Below, in pieces: positions 8,341 through 19,404 of a stretch of DNA of 27,458 nucleotides (positions within the stretch are counted from its first letter, which is position 1; every line of letters begins with the position of its first letter). Source of the DNA: Macrostomum lignano (lineage: Eukaryota); the NCBI GenBank assembly GCA_002269645.1, contig NIVC01005061.1, positions 1-27,458 of the forward strand, in the 5' to 3' direction. The notes below the pieces were generated by a model. That model saw only the letters and a program-made list of their open reading frames with translations, had not been told where the DNA came from and ran no database searches. The position numbers and the translations under genes are program-made.

Positions 8341-9210
8341 ATCCCCAATTCAGTAGCATATGCCTTTATTAATACAAAAGGACTTGTTGAGTATAATTAT
8401 TTCTTTGGAGAGCAGTGTGTGGAGCAGTTTATTGCCAGAATGTTAGAGTTGCAAAAATTGATTAGCACCCTTCAACCTGTTCCAATAATGATGACTGAGG
8501 AGGATGAAAGCAATTTCCTATCAGCAACTCATTGCCACATCTGCAGGAAACATTTAACTTGCACTAATATTAAAAACCCCACCGTTAGGGACCACTGCCA
8601 CTTTACTGGGAAATTTAGAGGTGCAGCGCATAACACCTGTAATCTAAAGCTAAAATCGAACATTCATGATCTAACGATATTTTGTCACAACGCAAAGAAC
8701 TATGACATGCATTTAATAGTTGAAAAAATCGGCATGATTCCAGACATACACCTTGATTGCATCGCAGAGAACAAGGAGAAGTTTAAGTGTGTTGATATTA
8801 AACAGGATAATTCGGGTACAGGTAAAATAAGACTGAAGGATTCATATCAATTTCTAGCTGCCAGTCTAGACGAACTAAGCAAGAATCTAAAAGATGAACA
8901 ATGTACATATACAAAGATGTTTGCAAGTAAAATTAACAACACTGATGAATCATTTAAACTCCTGAGAACCAAAGGCTTCTACCCCTATGAAAATATTACT
9001 GGGTATCACGTATTTGAAGAAGGTTTACCACCACAGGAGAAGTTCTTTTCAAAGCTAACAGACTCTGGAATCTCTGACAAAGACTATGAGCACGCGAAGC
9101 ATGTCTATAGTTACTTTAATTGTCAAAACTTCTTCCAGTATCACCTGCTTTACCTCTTCACAGATGTGTTTCTGCTGGCTGATGTGTTTGAAACCTTCAG
9201 ATGCACCTGG

Positions 9211-9216
9211 TACACA
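9211..9216 (+). repeat. Left 6-bp target-site duplication TACACA of copy C
   Basis: Repeated at 26370-26375. Single copy in the uninterrupted polB at 17442-17447. Confidence 0.97.
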
Positions 9217-9903
9217 AGTAGAAGGCATGAGGGGGCTTCTGGGACAAAATTTTTCACCTCCTCCATAATCCACCTAAATCCATCCATATTATCCCTGACA
9301 GAATCAGAAAAAAAGGGGGGTCGCACTCGCTCACAAAACGTCCTCCATAATCCCATTAAATCCATCCATATTATCCCCGACAGAATCATGAAAAAGTGGA
9401 GGGGTCGCACTTGCTCCGAAAACTTCGAACATAATCGTATTAAATCCATCCATATTATCCCTGACAGAATCAGAGCAGGTGTCCACTAACACCTGTTATG
9501 TTCACTGACACTGACATAATCCACTAACATCTTCGAAACAATAAGAAAATAATCTGAATTCTTCTCCCCACATTCAATTTGCAACGTGCTACCAGATCCC
9601 TAAGACTTTAAATTATCAGCGCAGGGTCCTTACCCTTTGAAAAAAAATAATAAATTCTCAATAAAATGTTTCCAGTTGTCTCTCCAGGTTCTTATTATAC
9701 TCAGCCTAATCCATTGTACAAATCCAAGTACCAATGCAAACTAGAATGCAGCGAGTACATGAGAAAATATTGGCCCGATGTTGATATCAATGCCCCTAAT
9801 ATTAATCTAGCTCTTCAAAGACACTGGTTTCATAAGTACGGAGTAACATATGTAAAAGATTACGACAGCTATTATAACTTTGCAGAAATCATTAGACAAT
9901 TGT
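9217..9903 (+). repeat. Left TIR of copy C (~687 bp)
   Basis: Reverse complement of 25697-26369. Confidence 0.95.
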
Positions 9904-9905
9904 AG
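9666..9905 (+). CDS. TIR-encoded 79-aa hypothetical protein
   Basis: Intact ORF with AAAATG start, conserved in all three TIR copies in the window. Confidence 0.65.
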   Translation: MFPVVSPGSYYTQPNPLYKSKYQCKLECSEYMRKYWPDVDINAPNINLALQRHWFHKYGVTYVKDYDSYYNFAEIIRQL

Positions 9906-10256
9906 AATGTCGTTACGATACGCTTTAAGACTTTAAGACTGCAATAATAGATATTTTTACGCATGGTATTTTGCTGTGTGGCGGGTGGGTGATAGCGGAA
10001 TGGGTATGGCAGCTGTTTCTGGTCATAGCGCGAGCGGCGTGTGCAGCATAGAGAAAAAAGCTTTTGCCCAGCTCAACCCTAACTAGCTCAGAAGATCCCT
10101 TGCCTAGCTTCAGAAACGCCCATTTAGTTCCTTGTTTAAACCCCCAGCCTTTTCAACCCCCAGCTCTTTCAGCAGTCTTCCTAGATCTTTCCCAGGCAAC
10201 CCCAATCAACCATTAATAGAAAATACTGGCTATAAGTAGAAAATCTGCGGGTTTCC

Positions 10257-10337
10257 CTTCTAGAATTCGAATTCTAGAAAATTCTAGAACAAAAAGAGAA
10301 TCCGTGGATTCCCGAGCCCACACCAATGGTATATATA
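10257..10337 (+). promoter_or_regulatory. Heat-shock element plus CCAAT and TATA-like box upstream of 10455 ORF
   Basis: aTTCtaGAAaaTTCtaGAAc at 10271-10290 (4 perfect alternating nGAAn units), cTTCtaGAAt at 10257-10266, CCAAT at 10323, TATATATA at 10330-10337. Confidence 0.7.
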
Positions 10338-10454
10338 CAGCCGATTCACACCGCCCCTCGCCTCACCCTGCCTGCCCCGCCTCGCCTCACCCCGCCTCAA
10401 CTCGCTGAGCCAGCAACTTCTTATTTTTGACTAGCTTAATCTCTGGATCTTGCC

Positions 10455-11078
10455 ATGGATGAAGAAATGCAAGCAGGCAACAACGTTTACATCCAAAATC
10501 TGGAGAACTTCATCAAGGCGGTTTTTTCTAGTAAAGATCTCGACAACTGGAATCTTTGGGCCGATAAATACAATGCAATTGCTCGGTCACCAATCGTGAA
10601 GCCAACTATCAATGGACGGCTAGCGAAAACTACCGACAAGCAATTACAAATCGGCAAGGCTCTGGACGAGTTGCGCACGGCCTATAAAACCAACAGTGAG
10701 CCTGTGCCAGTGCATTCTCTAGAAGAATTTATGCAGGGAACATTTACGATCGACGCAGTGCTTGTACAGATTGCCAACCTTCATAAGCTAGTTGAACGGT
10801 ATGGTAAGCATGGCTTTGCAAACGGCCTACAGCTCGGCAGGATCTCTCTGAGAATGGAGCGGGTTCTCAGTAAGGAACAGTTCAACGAGCTGAAAAGACG
10901 TGCACCGTTCACCAGCCAGTGGACCAACTTTCTGATGAAATTGGCTGACCAAGCTGAGAAATATCCGGTGCTACAAAGATCTGCAATGTCCCTGCACAAG
11001 CTGAAGTCGATGATTGCATACTTGCCAGAGGCCCTTGCGATGCTGCAACAGGAAGTGGACGAAGGCTTGTTGTTTTAA
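10455..11078 (+). CDS. Orphan 207-aa alpha-helical protein of the variable cassette, distant homolog of 3403-4041
   Basis: Intact ORF with GCCATGG start context and shared collinear motifs with the B protein. Confidence 0.8.
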   Translation: MDEEMQAGNNVYIQNLENFIKAVFSSKDLDNWNLWADKYNAIARSPIVKPTINGRLAKTTDKQLQIGKALDELRTAYKTNSEPVPVHSLEEFMQGTFTIDAVLVQIANLHKLVERYGKHGFANGLQLGRISLRMERVLSKEQFNELKRRAPFTSQWTNFLMKLADQAEKYPVLQRSAMSLHKLKSMIAYLPEALAMLQQEVDEGLLF

Positions 11079-11164
11079 CTTTTAAATTACCTATCTATTG
11101 TTTATTTAGCAACTCATGAAGCTACAATAATAGCAAGTTATCCTTGGATAGTTACTAATGTTGA

Positions 11165-12165
11165 CACCAACCTCAAATTTTGAAACCACTGGTTTCATTT
11201 TCTGAGGTGGGTGTTTGATTAAAATAGCAAATTTGCTTGAGACAGTGTAGACAAATGTTTCTGCTGGAAGCAGTGCAGAACTCAGATCACCCACCTCAAA
11301 ATTTGAAACCAACGGTTTCATTTTCTGAGGTGGGTGTTTGACTAGGAGAGCGTAGAAGAAAACGGAGGGATCACCCAGAAGGTTGTACCTTGTAGAGTGT
11401 AGACGTAAGTTCTAAAAATAAAACCCATACAATGTGTTGGGAGAGCGTAGAAGAGATCACCCACCTCAAAATTTGAAACCAGTGGTTTCATTTTCTGAGG
11501 TGGCTGTTTGACTAAGCTCGGGAGAGCGTAGAAGAAAACGGAGCGGCTAGTTGTGGAGGCTAGAAAACGAAAGACCCCTCCCGCCCGGCTCAACCCTCAA
11601 CCCTCTGCAATTCTGGAGAGAGAAGGGGGGGGAGAGAGAAGGGGGGGGGGACTTGTGGCGGAATGCGCGGACTGCATGCAGTGAGTGGCAGGGCGGGTGA
11701 GAACTGGATAGCGCAGCAGTGTAGACCCACCTCAAAATTTGAAACCAGTGGTTTCATTTTCTGAGGTGGCTGTTTGACTAAGCTCGGGAGAGCGTAGAGC
11801 TAGTTGCAGAGGCTAGAGAAGCAGTGCAGAACTCAGATCACCCACCTCAAAATTTGAAACCAGCGGTTTCATTTTCTGAGGTGGCGCGGCGCCCCTGTGC
11901 AAAGAGAGCCCAGTGCTCTGGCCCGGACTGCTGGGGAAGGGAAAGGGAGAGGAGCTCAAGGGGAAGGAGATTTCAGTACAACGGGAGACTCAAAATTCCC
12001 AGGCGCCCCTCTACCCCCCAGCGCGAGATCGCTAGTGTTATGTTTGACTACAAATAGAATGAGCTCGGGAGAGCGTAGAGCTAGTTGCGGAGGCTAGAGA
12101 AGCAGTGCAGAACTCAGATCACCCACCTCAAAATTTGAAACCAGCGGTTTCATTTTCTGAGGTGG
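11165..12165. repeat. Array of six ~48-bp imperfect palindromes with mosaic spacers
   Basis: CCACCTCAAAATTTGAAACCnnnGGTTTCATTTTCTGAGGTGG near 11165, 11288, 11458, 11725, 11839 and 12120. Confidence 0.95.
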
Positions 12166-12335
12166 CTGTTTGACTAGGAGAGCGTAGAGCTAGTTGCGAA
12201 GAGAGAGAGGCACCCAGAGGACAGGCTTGGAATGAGAGGCGGTAGGGCAAGACGGGTGAGAGAAGGGCTGGAGAAAAAGCAGGCGCTCACCCAGAAACCT
12301 TTTATATTGTTGCATAGTTTAGACCCTGCACATAC

Positions 12336-12642
12336 GGGGTTATAGCCTAGTGGTTAGGGCGTCGGACTCACTACTTGAATGAAGGTTGAGGGTTCGATTC
12401 CCGATCCCACTGCAACAATCTGTGTCTTTGAGCAAGGCACTTTACTCCGCATTGCTTCAGTTCACCCAGCTGTAAAATGGGTGCCAGCATTAGCTGGGGT
12501 AATTGAGGGTGTGTGTGGCGACCCCCAGTCCTTGGACTGAACAGCCGTACGCAGCCTTAAGATGCGCCGCGCAATAGCTGCGGCTGAGCTGTCGATTGCA
12601 CATCTGCCCATTGGGCAGTTGTAATCAATTATTATTATTATT
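12336..12642 (+). mobile_element. tRNA-derived SINE with CORE-like central domain
   Basis: A-box TAGCCTAGTGG at 12343, B-box GGTTCGATTCC at 12391, TTTGAGCAAGG...CTGTAAAATGG core-like segment and (ATT)n tail. No clear TSD. Confidence 0.85.
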
Positions 12643-12969
12643 TACCTACGATAGGCATTCTGTCTTCTGCTGCATGCTCTGTTGTTGCCACGTTGCTTAC
12701 CACATGAAAAACTATAATAAACTAATAAACTATATAGCGACTATAATCTGTCGCTACAGTCCTTCAGTTGTTTATCAATGTAAACTGTTCAGCAGTCTTT
12801 CTAATTCTTTATTTGGCGTGCGCAATACAAAGGAAAGAAAGGAAAGGAAAGGGAAGCACGCGTGGAACTTGTACATTCGCAAAAGCTGCGCTCCCTCAGC
12901 AAATAGCAGTTACCCCACCCCCTTTCAAAATGCAGCTGTTGCGCTTGGCTGCGAATAATCTTTCCCGAC

Positions 12970-13458
12970 TCAAGCGCCTCTCTCAACCCCCAGCTCTTTC
13001 AGCAGTCTTCCTAATACCTCGTTTGGAGCACACAAAATAAACCCCGCTCCCGAGCACTCCGCACACCCGCCCTCTCTCCCCAAACACCCACCTTCGCCTT
13101 GAACCCCCAAACCCAATCTTGTCTTACTAAAAATAACAGCTTTAACTAGCTTCCGAGCGATCGACTCACGAAATCCGCTTGAAGCCCCTATATTGTCTAG
13201 TCTCTTAAGCATTTCTTTGTCCCAGCGATTCTTCTCCTCAGGAAAATCTCTATATTTAACATCGTGCCACATGCAGACAGAGTCTAGCTCATTCACAGGC
13301 TCATGCCCAGGATTTGGGTTGTTGTTTCCATCCAGCTGTATTTCAAGAGGATTCAAAGGCCCGCAATATTTATAGCCGGGAAGTGTCCAGCCTTTGTTTG
13401 GATGAGGAAGCTTTTCTATCAGTCCATGTGAATCTATTTTACCACCAGAGCGTTGCAT
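12970..13458 (-). CDS. PLA2X phospholipase A2 domain protein (copy C)
   Basis: Same YCGP and HDVKY motifs as in B. Likely start is MQRSGG at 13458. Confidence 0.85.
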   Translation of the reverse strand: MQRSGGKIDSHGLIEKLPHPNKGWTLPGYKYCGPLNPLEIQLDGNNNPNPGHEPVNELDSVCMWHDVKYRDFPEEKNRWDKEMLKRLDNIGASSGFRESIARKLVKAVIFSKTRLGLGVQGEGGCLGREGGCAECSGAGFILCAPNEVLGRLLKELGVERGA

Positions 13459-13488
13459 TATTTTATTTAAAATTTTCTTTTTAAATAA

Positions 13489-14517
13489 ATGACAGATCAG
13501 AAACTTAAAAAACTCTACTACAGCGACAAAGGATTCTTTGTAGGCAAAAATGCCGTTAGTAAACTCATGGAGCTGAGTAAAGAGCCAAAAGCTACAGTAG
13601 AAAAATGGCTCTCTAAGCAGGCTGTCTTTCAAGTCTATTTCCCACCAGTAAAATTTGAAAGGCCCCATTTCAGTATTTATAAACCTAATGAAGCGCACCA
13701 AGCAGATCTTTTGTTTCTCCCCAACGACTCAGGCTACAAGTATGCTCTTACAATTATTGACATTGCTTCCAGATATAAGGAAGCTCGCCCACTCAAGACG
13801 AAGAAGTCAGAGGTTGTTGCCAGCGCACTGCAAGATATTTATAAAAACTCTCCGCTCACATACCCCCAAATCTTTATGACCGACCCGGGTAAGGAATTCA
13901 TGGGTGTAGTGAAATCCCTTATGGAAAAGAAAAACACAGAGATTCGCTATGGCAGAACAAACTTGCACAGAGACCAGGCTTTTGTGGAAAGATTCAATCT
14001 AACTCTAGCCAAGAGACTATTCACTAAGCAGACAGCGCAAGAACTCAAACTGAGTGCGGGGCAGTACTATACCAAGTGGACAGAAAGACTCCCCACTGTT
14101 ATAGAGCAACTGAACAATGAAGTCACACGCATGACTGGATTGAAACCATCCCATGCAATTAAACAAGACACTGTCGAACTTAAGGCATCTCATAGAACAG
14201 ACAACAACACGACAACCCCACACAACACAAAACACACCTCGAACTACCCTAAGCTTCCAGGAGTTGAATCACCATACATACTGACAAACTCTGAGTTTCT
14301 ACGCTTTTTATATCTACCTGGAGAGCTAGAGAAAGACACCAAAAGAAGAGCTACAGATCCATACTTCAGCCTTGATGTGCATAAAATAGACAGACATTTT
14401 ACCTCCGACTCCGGTGACTATTACTTTTTATCTCAAGCCTTTAACCCTAAATCCCCCACGCGGTCATTCACTAGAGCTGAACTCCTAGTGATACCAGCTG
14501 ACACAGAAATTAATTAA
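13489..14517 (+). CDS. int: DDE integrase (copy C), intact 342 aa
   Basis: Near-identical to 5240-6277; lacks one HNT repeat and has N>K near the C-terminus. Confidence 0.95.
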   Translation: MTDQKLKKLYYSDKGFFVGKNAVSKLMELSKEPKATVEKWLSKQAVFQVYFPPVKFERPHFSIYKPNEAHQADLLFLPNDSGYKYALTIIDIASRYKEARPLKTKKSEVVASALQDIYKNSPLTYPQIFMTDPGKEFMGVVKSLMEKKNTEIRYGRTNLHRDQAFVERFNLTLAKRLFTKQTAQELKLSAGQYYTKWTERLPTVIEQLNNEVTRMTGLKPSHAIKQDTVELKASHRTDNNTTTPHNTKHTSNYPKLPGVESPYILTNSEFLRFLYLPGELEKDTKRRATDPYFSLDVHKIDRHFTSDSGDYYFLSQAFNPKSPTRSFTRAELLVIPADTEIN

Positions 14518-14533
14518 AATATTAAAATAAAAA

Positions 14534-14980
14534 ATGACAAAGATTGAAACTAGAACCATCAATAAACTCAATAAAATCATTGAATCAAAGAAACCAGGTA
14601 TTATATCAATTAAAGGTGTCAAAGTAAAAATCGATCCCACGCAGCAAATAGTTCAGTGTAATGAACAAAGACACAGCATCACAGATGAAAAGTCAGGAGG
14701 AATCCTACCATTAGCAGCTCTTATTCCGATCATTGCAGGCGCTGTAAGTGCCGCAGGTGGTGTAGCTGGAGGTGTAGCAACTGCTGTTAAAGCTGGGAAT
14801 GATAGAGCCCACCAGCTGGAATTGCAAAAGATTGCAAGAGACAAAGGTATAACAATTAAGGCAGGAGAGGGCTGCCCCGATCGTGATGATTGTGAGCATG
14901 AAAATTCTGTAAGCAAGTCTGACATTGTCAAAGCCATCATGACACTGCACAATGCTGGGTTTACAATAATGCGGATGTGA
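14534..14980 (+). CDS. pX-like protein (copy C)
   Basis: Near-identical to 6294-6740. Confidence 0.7.
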   Translation: MTKIETRTINKLNKIIESKKPGIISIKGVKVKIDPTQQIVQCNEQRHSITDEKSGGILPLAALIPIIAGAVSAAGGVAGGVATAVKAGNDRAHQLELQKIARDKGITIKAGEGCPDRDDCEHENSVSKSDIVKAIMTLHNAGFTIMRM

Positions 14981-15103
14981 TGAGGTTTAAAACCCCACTT
15001 TATCCAGCTTCATAAACCTAATACTACTTATAGGATGTAGAAACAGTTCAACTTTTCTATCAGGGTGGTCACCCTCAAAATTTTTTTTATATTTTCGAGA
15101 AAA

Positions 15104-18100
15104 ATGCCAAAAGCTAATCCAGCAAGAGATTTAGTCAACAAATATTTTTCAAAAGGCGTCTCATTTCAAGACAAAAGTAATTCACTAAGAGAAGCATGCA
15201 AACAAAAGTTCAACACCGACCCTGGTCACCTGGGAAGCTATGAAAAACAGTTGGAAATCATCAATCAATTAGAATCAAACCAGTATGCGCCTATAAAAAA
15301 TTCTGCAAAGGAACACCAAGAGAGGAGTCGCAACTTAGTTAACAAATATGAAACTCTCACTGGTGAAAAAGCAAAGTACCCACAAAATAAGCAGGAACAA
15401 GAGAAATTAGAGCAATTAATCCATTTAAAAGAGTCGGAGCTTGCCACTGAAGAGATTAATTTTGCACAGACGAAGTTTACAGAACATTACATAGAGTACA
15501 CAATCCCAATTAACGGCACCAACGGTACCACCGCAAACATCTACGACTATAAAGACAGCATCCAATCAGTTGTTGATCACACACTCAAAACACGCAAGAC
15601 CTTTAAACTACAGATATCATTCAAGATTGCGTTTTATATGCCTGCAAAACCCACTGAGCATCTCGAGTATTACATGACAACAAAGGCAAAGCCATTCACC
15701 CCAACAGACACACTGGATCCTTTCCTTCAAGATGTCAATAAGAAAATTGAAGCGTTTACATCCAGAGGTTCCGGATGGGTCGTGGGAGGGATTCAAAGAG
15801 CGACTGTCATGGTCATGAAATATGACCCACTTAAAGCCTCCTCTTATATAGAGCTCCCGCATAAGCTAGCCGGTAAAAAAGCTTGCATAAATGTTAAAAA
15901 TAAAGACAATTGCTGTGCTCTATGGGCAGTTCTTTCTGCACTTTTTAGTGTCCCTCACCACCCCGAAAGAACCTCAAATTATCAAAATTATTTCAACTAC
16001 TATCTCATTGAATGCGAAAAGAAGGGAATCAGGTTTGACAAAGGAGGCTTGGCATCTCTCAGATCCCAAAGCTAGAAGAAGTGTTTAATAACAAAATTAG
16101 AATCACAGTCTTTGAGTGGAGTGAAAAACTGAGAAAGTTCAACCGGTCAGATGTAGCAAAGACGTTTTAGATCCGAGGGGAAAAGGCGGACTGAAGTGGA
16201 TCTTCTAGTGATTGGTAATTTACTAGAGGAGGCTCACTATGTTTGGATTAAAGATCTTTCAAGACTCATTCACAAGCAGTTGAATAATCATCACGAGGCT
16301 GTTGCCATCTGCCGCTTGTGCCTTAAGCATTACAGTGGACCTGAACGCTTTGAAAAACTAGCAGAGCATGAATTATCATGCGAGGATCACCCGACAAACT
16401 GCTCTCTTCCTTCAGCTGAAGAGAAGTATCTCCGGTTTAAGAACTATCACAAGATGGAGAAGCTCCCATTTGTTGTATATGCTGATTTCGAATGCTCAAT
16501 CGTGCCAGAAACTCAAAAACAAACTCCAACTCAAAAACAAACTCCAACTCAAAAACAAACTCAAACTCAAAAACATGTCCCCAATTCAGTAGCATATGCC
16601 TTTATTAATACAAAAGGACTTGTTGAGTATAATTATTTCTTTGGAGAGCAGTGTGTGGAGCAGTTTATTGCCAGAATGTTAGAGTTGCAAAAATGATTAG
16701 CACCCTTCAACCTGTTCCAATAATGATGACTGAGGAGGATGAAAGCAATTTCCTATCAGCAACTCATTGCCACATCTGCAGGAAACATTTAACTTGCACT
16801 AATATTAAAAACCCCACCGTTAGGGACCACTGCCACTATACTGGGAAATTTAGAGGTGCAGCGCATAACACCTGTAATCTAAAGCTAAAATCGAACATTC
16901 ATGATCTAACGATATTTTGTCACAACGCAAAGAACTATGACATGCATTTAATAGTTGAAAAAATCGGCATGATTCCAGACATACACCTTGATTGCATCGC
17001 AGAGAACAAGGAGAAGTTTAAGTGTGTTGATATTAAACAGGATAATTCGGGTAAGGTAAAATAAGACTGAAGGATTCATATCAATTTCTAGCTGCCAGTC
17101 TAGACGAACTAAGCAAGAATCTAAAAGATGAACAATGTACATATACAAAGATGTTTGCAAGTAAAATTAACAACACTGATGAATCATTTAAACTCCTGAG
17201 AACCAAAGGCTTCTACCCCTATGAAAATATTACTGGGTATCACGTATTTGAAGAAGGTTTACCACCACAAGAAGTTCTTTTCAAAGCTAACAGACTCTGG
17301 AATCTCTGACAAAGACTATGAGCACGCGAAGCATGTCTATAATTACTTTAATTGTCAAAACTTCTTCCAGTATCACCTGCTTTACCTCTACACAGATGTG
17401 TTTCTGCTGGCCGATGTGTTTGAAACCTTCAGATCACCTGGTACACAGCATATGGCCTCGATCCAGCACATTATGTGTCTCTGCCTGCCACTAGCTGGGA
17501 ATCTTTGCTTAAAATGAAATGGGATCAAGATCCAGATTGGTACATTGAACTTCTTACAGACATTGACATGTACAATTTTGTCGAATCGTCAAAGCGAGGG
17601 GGAATCTCAATTTGCACAGGTATGCAAAAGCAAACAATCCCTACATTGAATCTTACAATAAGGAGCAGCCCTCAAACTACATTACTTACTTGGACGCTAA
17701 TAATCTCTACGGGTGGGCGATGAGTCAAGATCTTCCAGTTAGAGATTTTCGATGGCTACCCTCATCAGAATTCAAACGGGACTTTTCATTGGCTGCCATT
17801 TATGAGGTTGATGTTTACATTCCACCAGAGCTTCACGACTATTTCTCTGACTTTCCACCCTTCCCAGAGAACATCAAGTGCCCGAAAATAATCGAAACTC
17901 CCAATGATAATAATGGAACTTGGCACCTGTCAGGAACAGAAAAAGAACATACAGAGAAACTAACACAGAATCTAAACAACAAGACACGTTACAAAATCCA
18001 TTACAAACTGCTTCAGTATTTTATCTCACTTGGTTGCAGGGTCACCAAAGTTCACGGGCTCTTACATTTACAGAGGAAGCGTGGATGAAACCCTACATTG

Positions 18101-18970
18101 ATAAGAACACCCAGTTTAGGACCAAAGCAACCAACGACTTTGACAAGAACCTCTTTAAGTTGGCCAACAACTCTGTCTATGGCAAGACTCTTGAGAATGA
18201 GCGGAAAAGAACAAACCTGAAACTTGTTACCTCATCAGAGCCTGATGTTATTCAGGCAAATATGTCAAAGCCAACATTCAAAGAACTCCATATCTTTAAT
18301 AGCTACTTAGGTGTGATCATATTTTACAAAACCAAGGTGACGCTGCGCAAGCCGATCTATACAGGTGTCACTGTTCTCGACGAATCAAAACGTCTGATGT
18401 ACCAGTTCTTCTATGGCATGAAGCAGCAGTACAAGGATAAAATGAAACTCTTGTACACTGACACAGACAGTTTTATTATGGACATTCAAACAGAAGACAT
18501 TTATCAGGACATGCTGCAGCAAAAAGATTTGTTTGACTTGTCTGAGTATGATGAATCTTTCAGGACACAGAATGGCGATCAAGTGTTTGACGCCACTAAC
18601 AAGAAAGTGATTGGGAAAATGAAGGACGAGATTGCTGGTGACATAATCACTGAATTCATTGGGTTGAGAGCAAAGTCCTATTTTATAAAATGTGAGTCGT
18701 CAGACCCAATAAAAAATCAAAGGGAATTCCGAAACGTGTGTTAGGAAGGAAATTAATGAAGCTGAATACAGAGACGCCTTGAATTGCAACAAAAAGACAT
18801 CACATGAGTTCTCAAAGCTACAATCTAAAAACCATATTATTCACACAATTCAGCAAAAGAAGATTGGACTGTCAGGTGCAGATAACAAGAGATTCATTTT
18901 TGATGACAATATCAACAGTCTACCGTTCGGGCATTGGAGGTTAGGTTTAGGAGGTGGATATTGGGTTTAG
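15104..18970 (+). pseudogene. polB: Full-length protein-primed PolB with many 1-bp frameshifts
   Basis: Fragments carry YADFE, YLDANNLYGWAM, KLANNSVYGK and YTDTDS motifs in order. Confidence 0.95.
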
Positions 18971-19003
18971 GTTTGAGAGAAAGTTTAATAAACCTCATAA
19001 AAA

Positions 19004-19404
19004 ATGACAACAAATAACTTTCTTGAAGATTTGGCTAACGAACTGGAAATCCCAAACTTTAGAGGAATATTTATGAGGGACACTCTGCCTGATTTTCCTC
19101 TAAGAAAAGAATGCGGCATCATGAACTTTGACACCACCGATAAGCCAGGATCTCATTGGGTTTGCTGGGTGATTGATCCCATCGCAAGCACAAGTGTTAT
19201 TACTTCGATAGCTATGGGACGGCAGTACCAGAAGAGCTAAGAAATTATATGAAGGGAAAAAATAATAAAAAAATTTATCGCTCAGACTTTATTCTCCAAG
19301 GTCTTAGCAGTGATATTTGCGGTGAGCTGTGCATGACTGTTTTGTATGCAATGACCAAAACACGAAAGACCTACAAGGAAATTATTCTTGGCTGTGTTTC
19401 ATAG
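19004..19404 (+). pseudogene. Adenain-like cysteine protease (frameshift near 19190)
   Basis: GSHWVCW, then in the shifted frame YYFDSYG and Q...DICGELC: H/D/Q/C catalytic set. Confidence 0.9.

Larger units (their letters stand above)
6864..9216 (+). pseudogene. polB: Protein-primed family B DNA polymerase, 5' part (copy B), split by insertion of copy C
   Basis: SRGSGW, KNKDNCCALW and AHYVWI (vOTU-like), YADFE ExoI, DHCH..GKFRGAAH..CN (EndoVII-like), HNAKNYD ExoII. One frameshift near 7720. Confidence 0.95.

Noticed and set aside
9217-9489. Novel C-terminal domain of the 612-aa polB ORF
   Set aside because: Read-through into the inserted TIR of copy C.
11165-12165. CRISPR array
   Set aside because: Eukaryotic element with no cas genes. 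Spacers are 70-235 bp, irregular and partly repeats of each other.
12336-12410. Functional tRNA gene
   Set aside because: A/B boxes are followed by a SINE body and ATT tail. No convincing full cloverleaf or poly-T terminator.
12596-13040. ORFs 12596-12958 and 12768-13040
   Set aside because: They span the SINE tail and the antisense PLA2X tail, and have no counterpart in B.
18939-18975. Telomere-like GGTTAGG/GGTTTAGG runs at the polB end
   Set aside because: Only a few irregular units, and within the coding tail.
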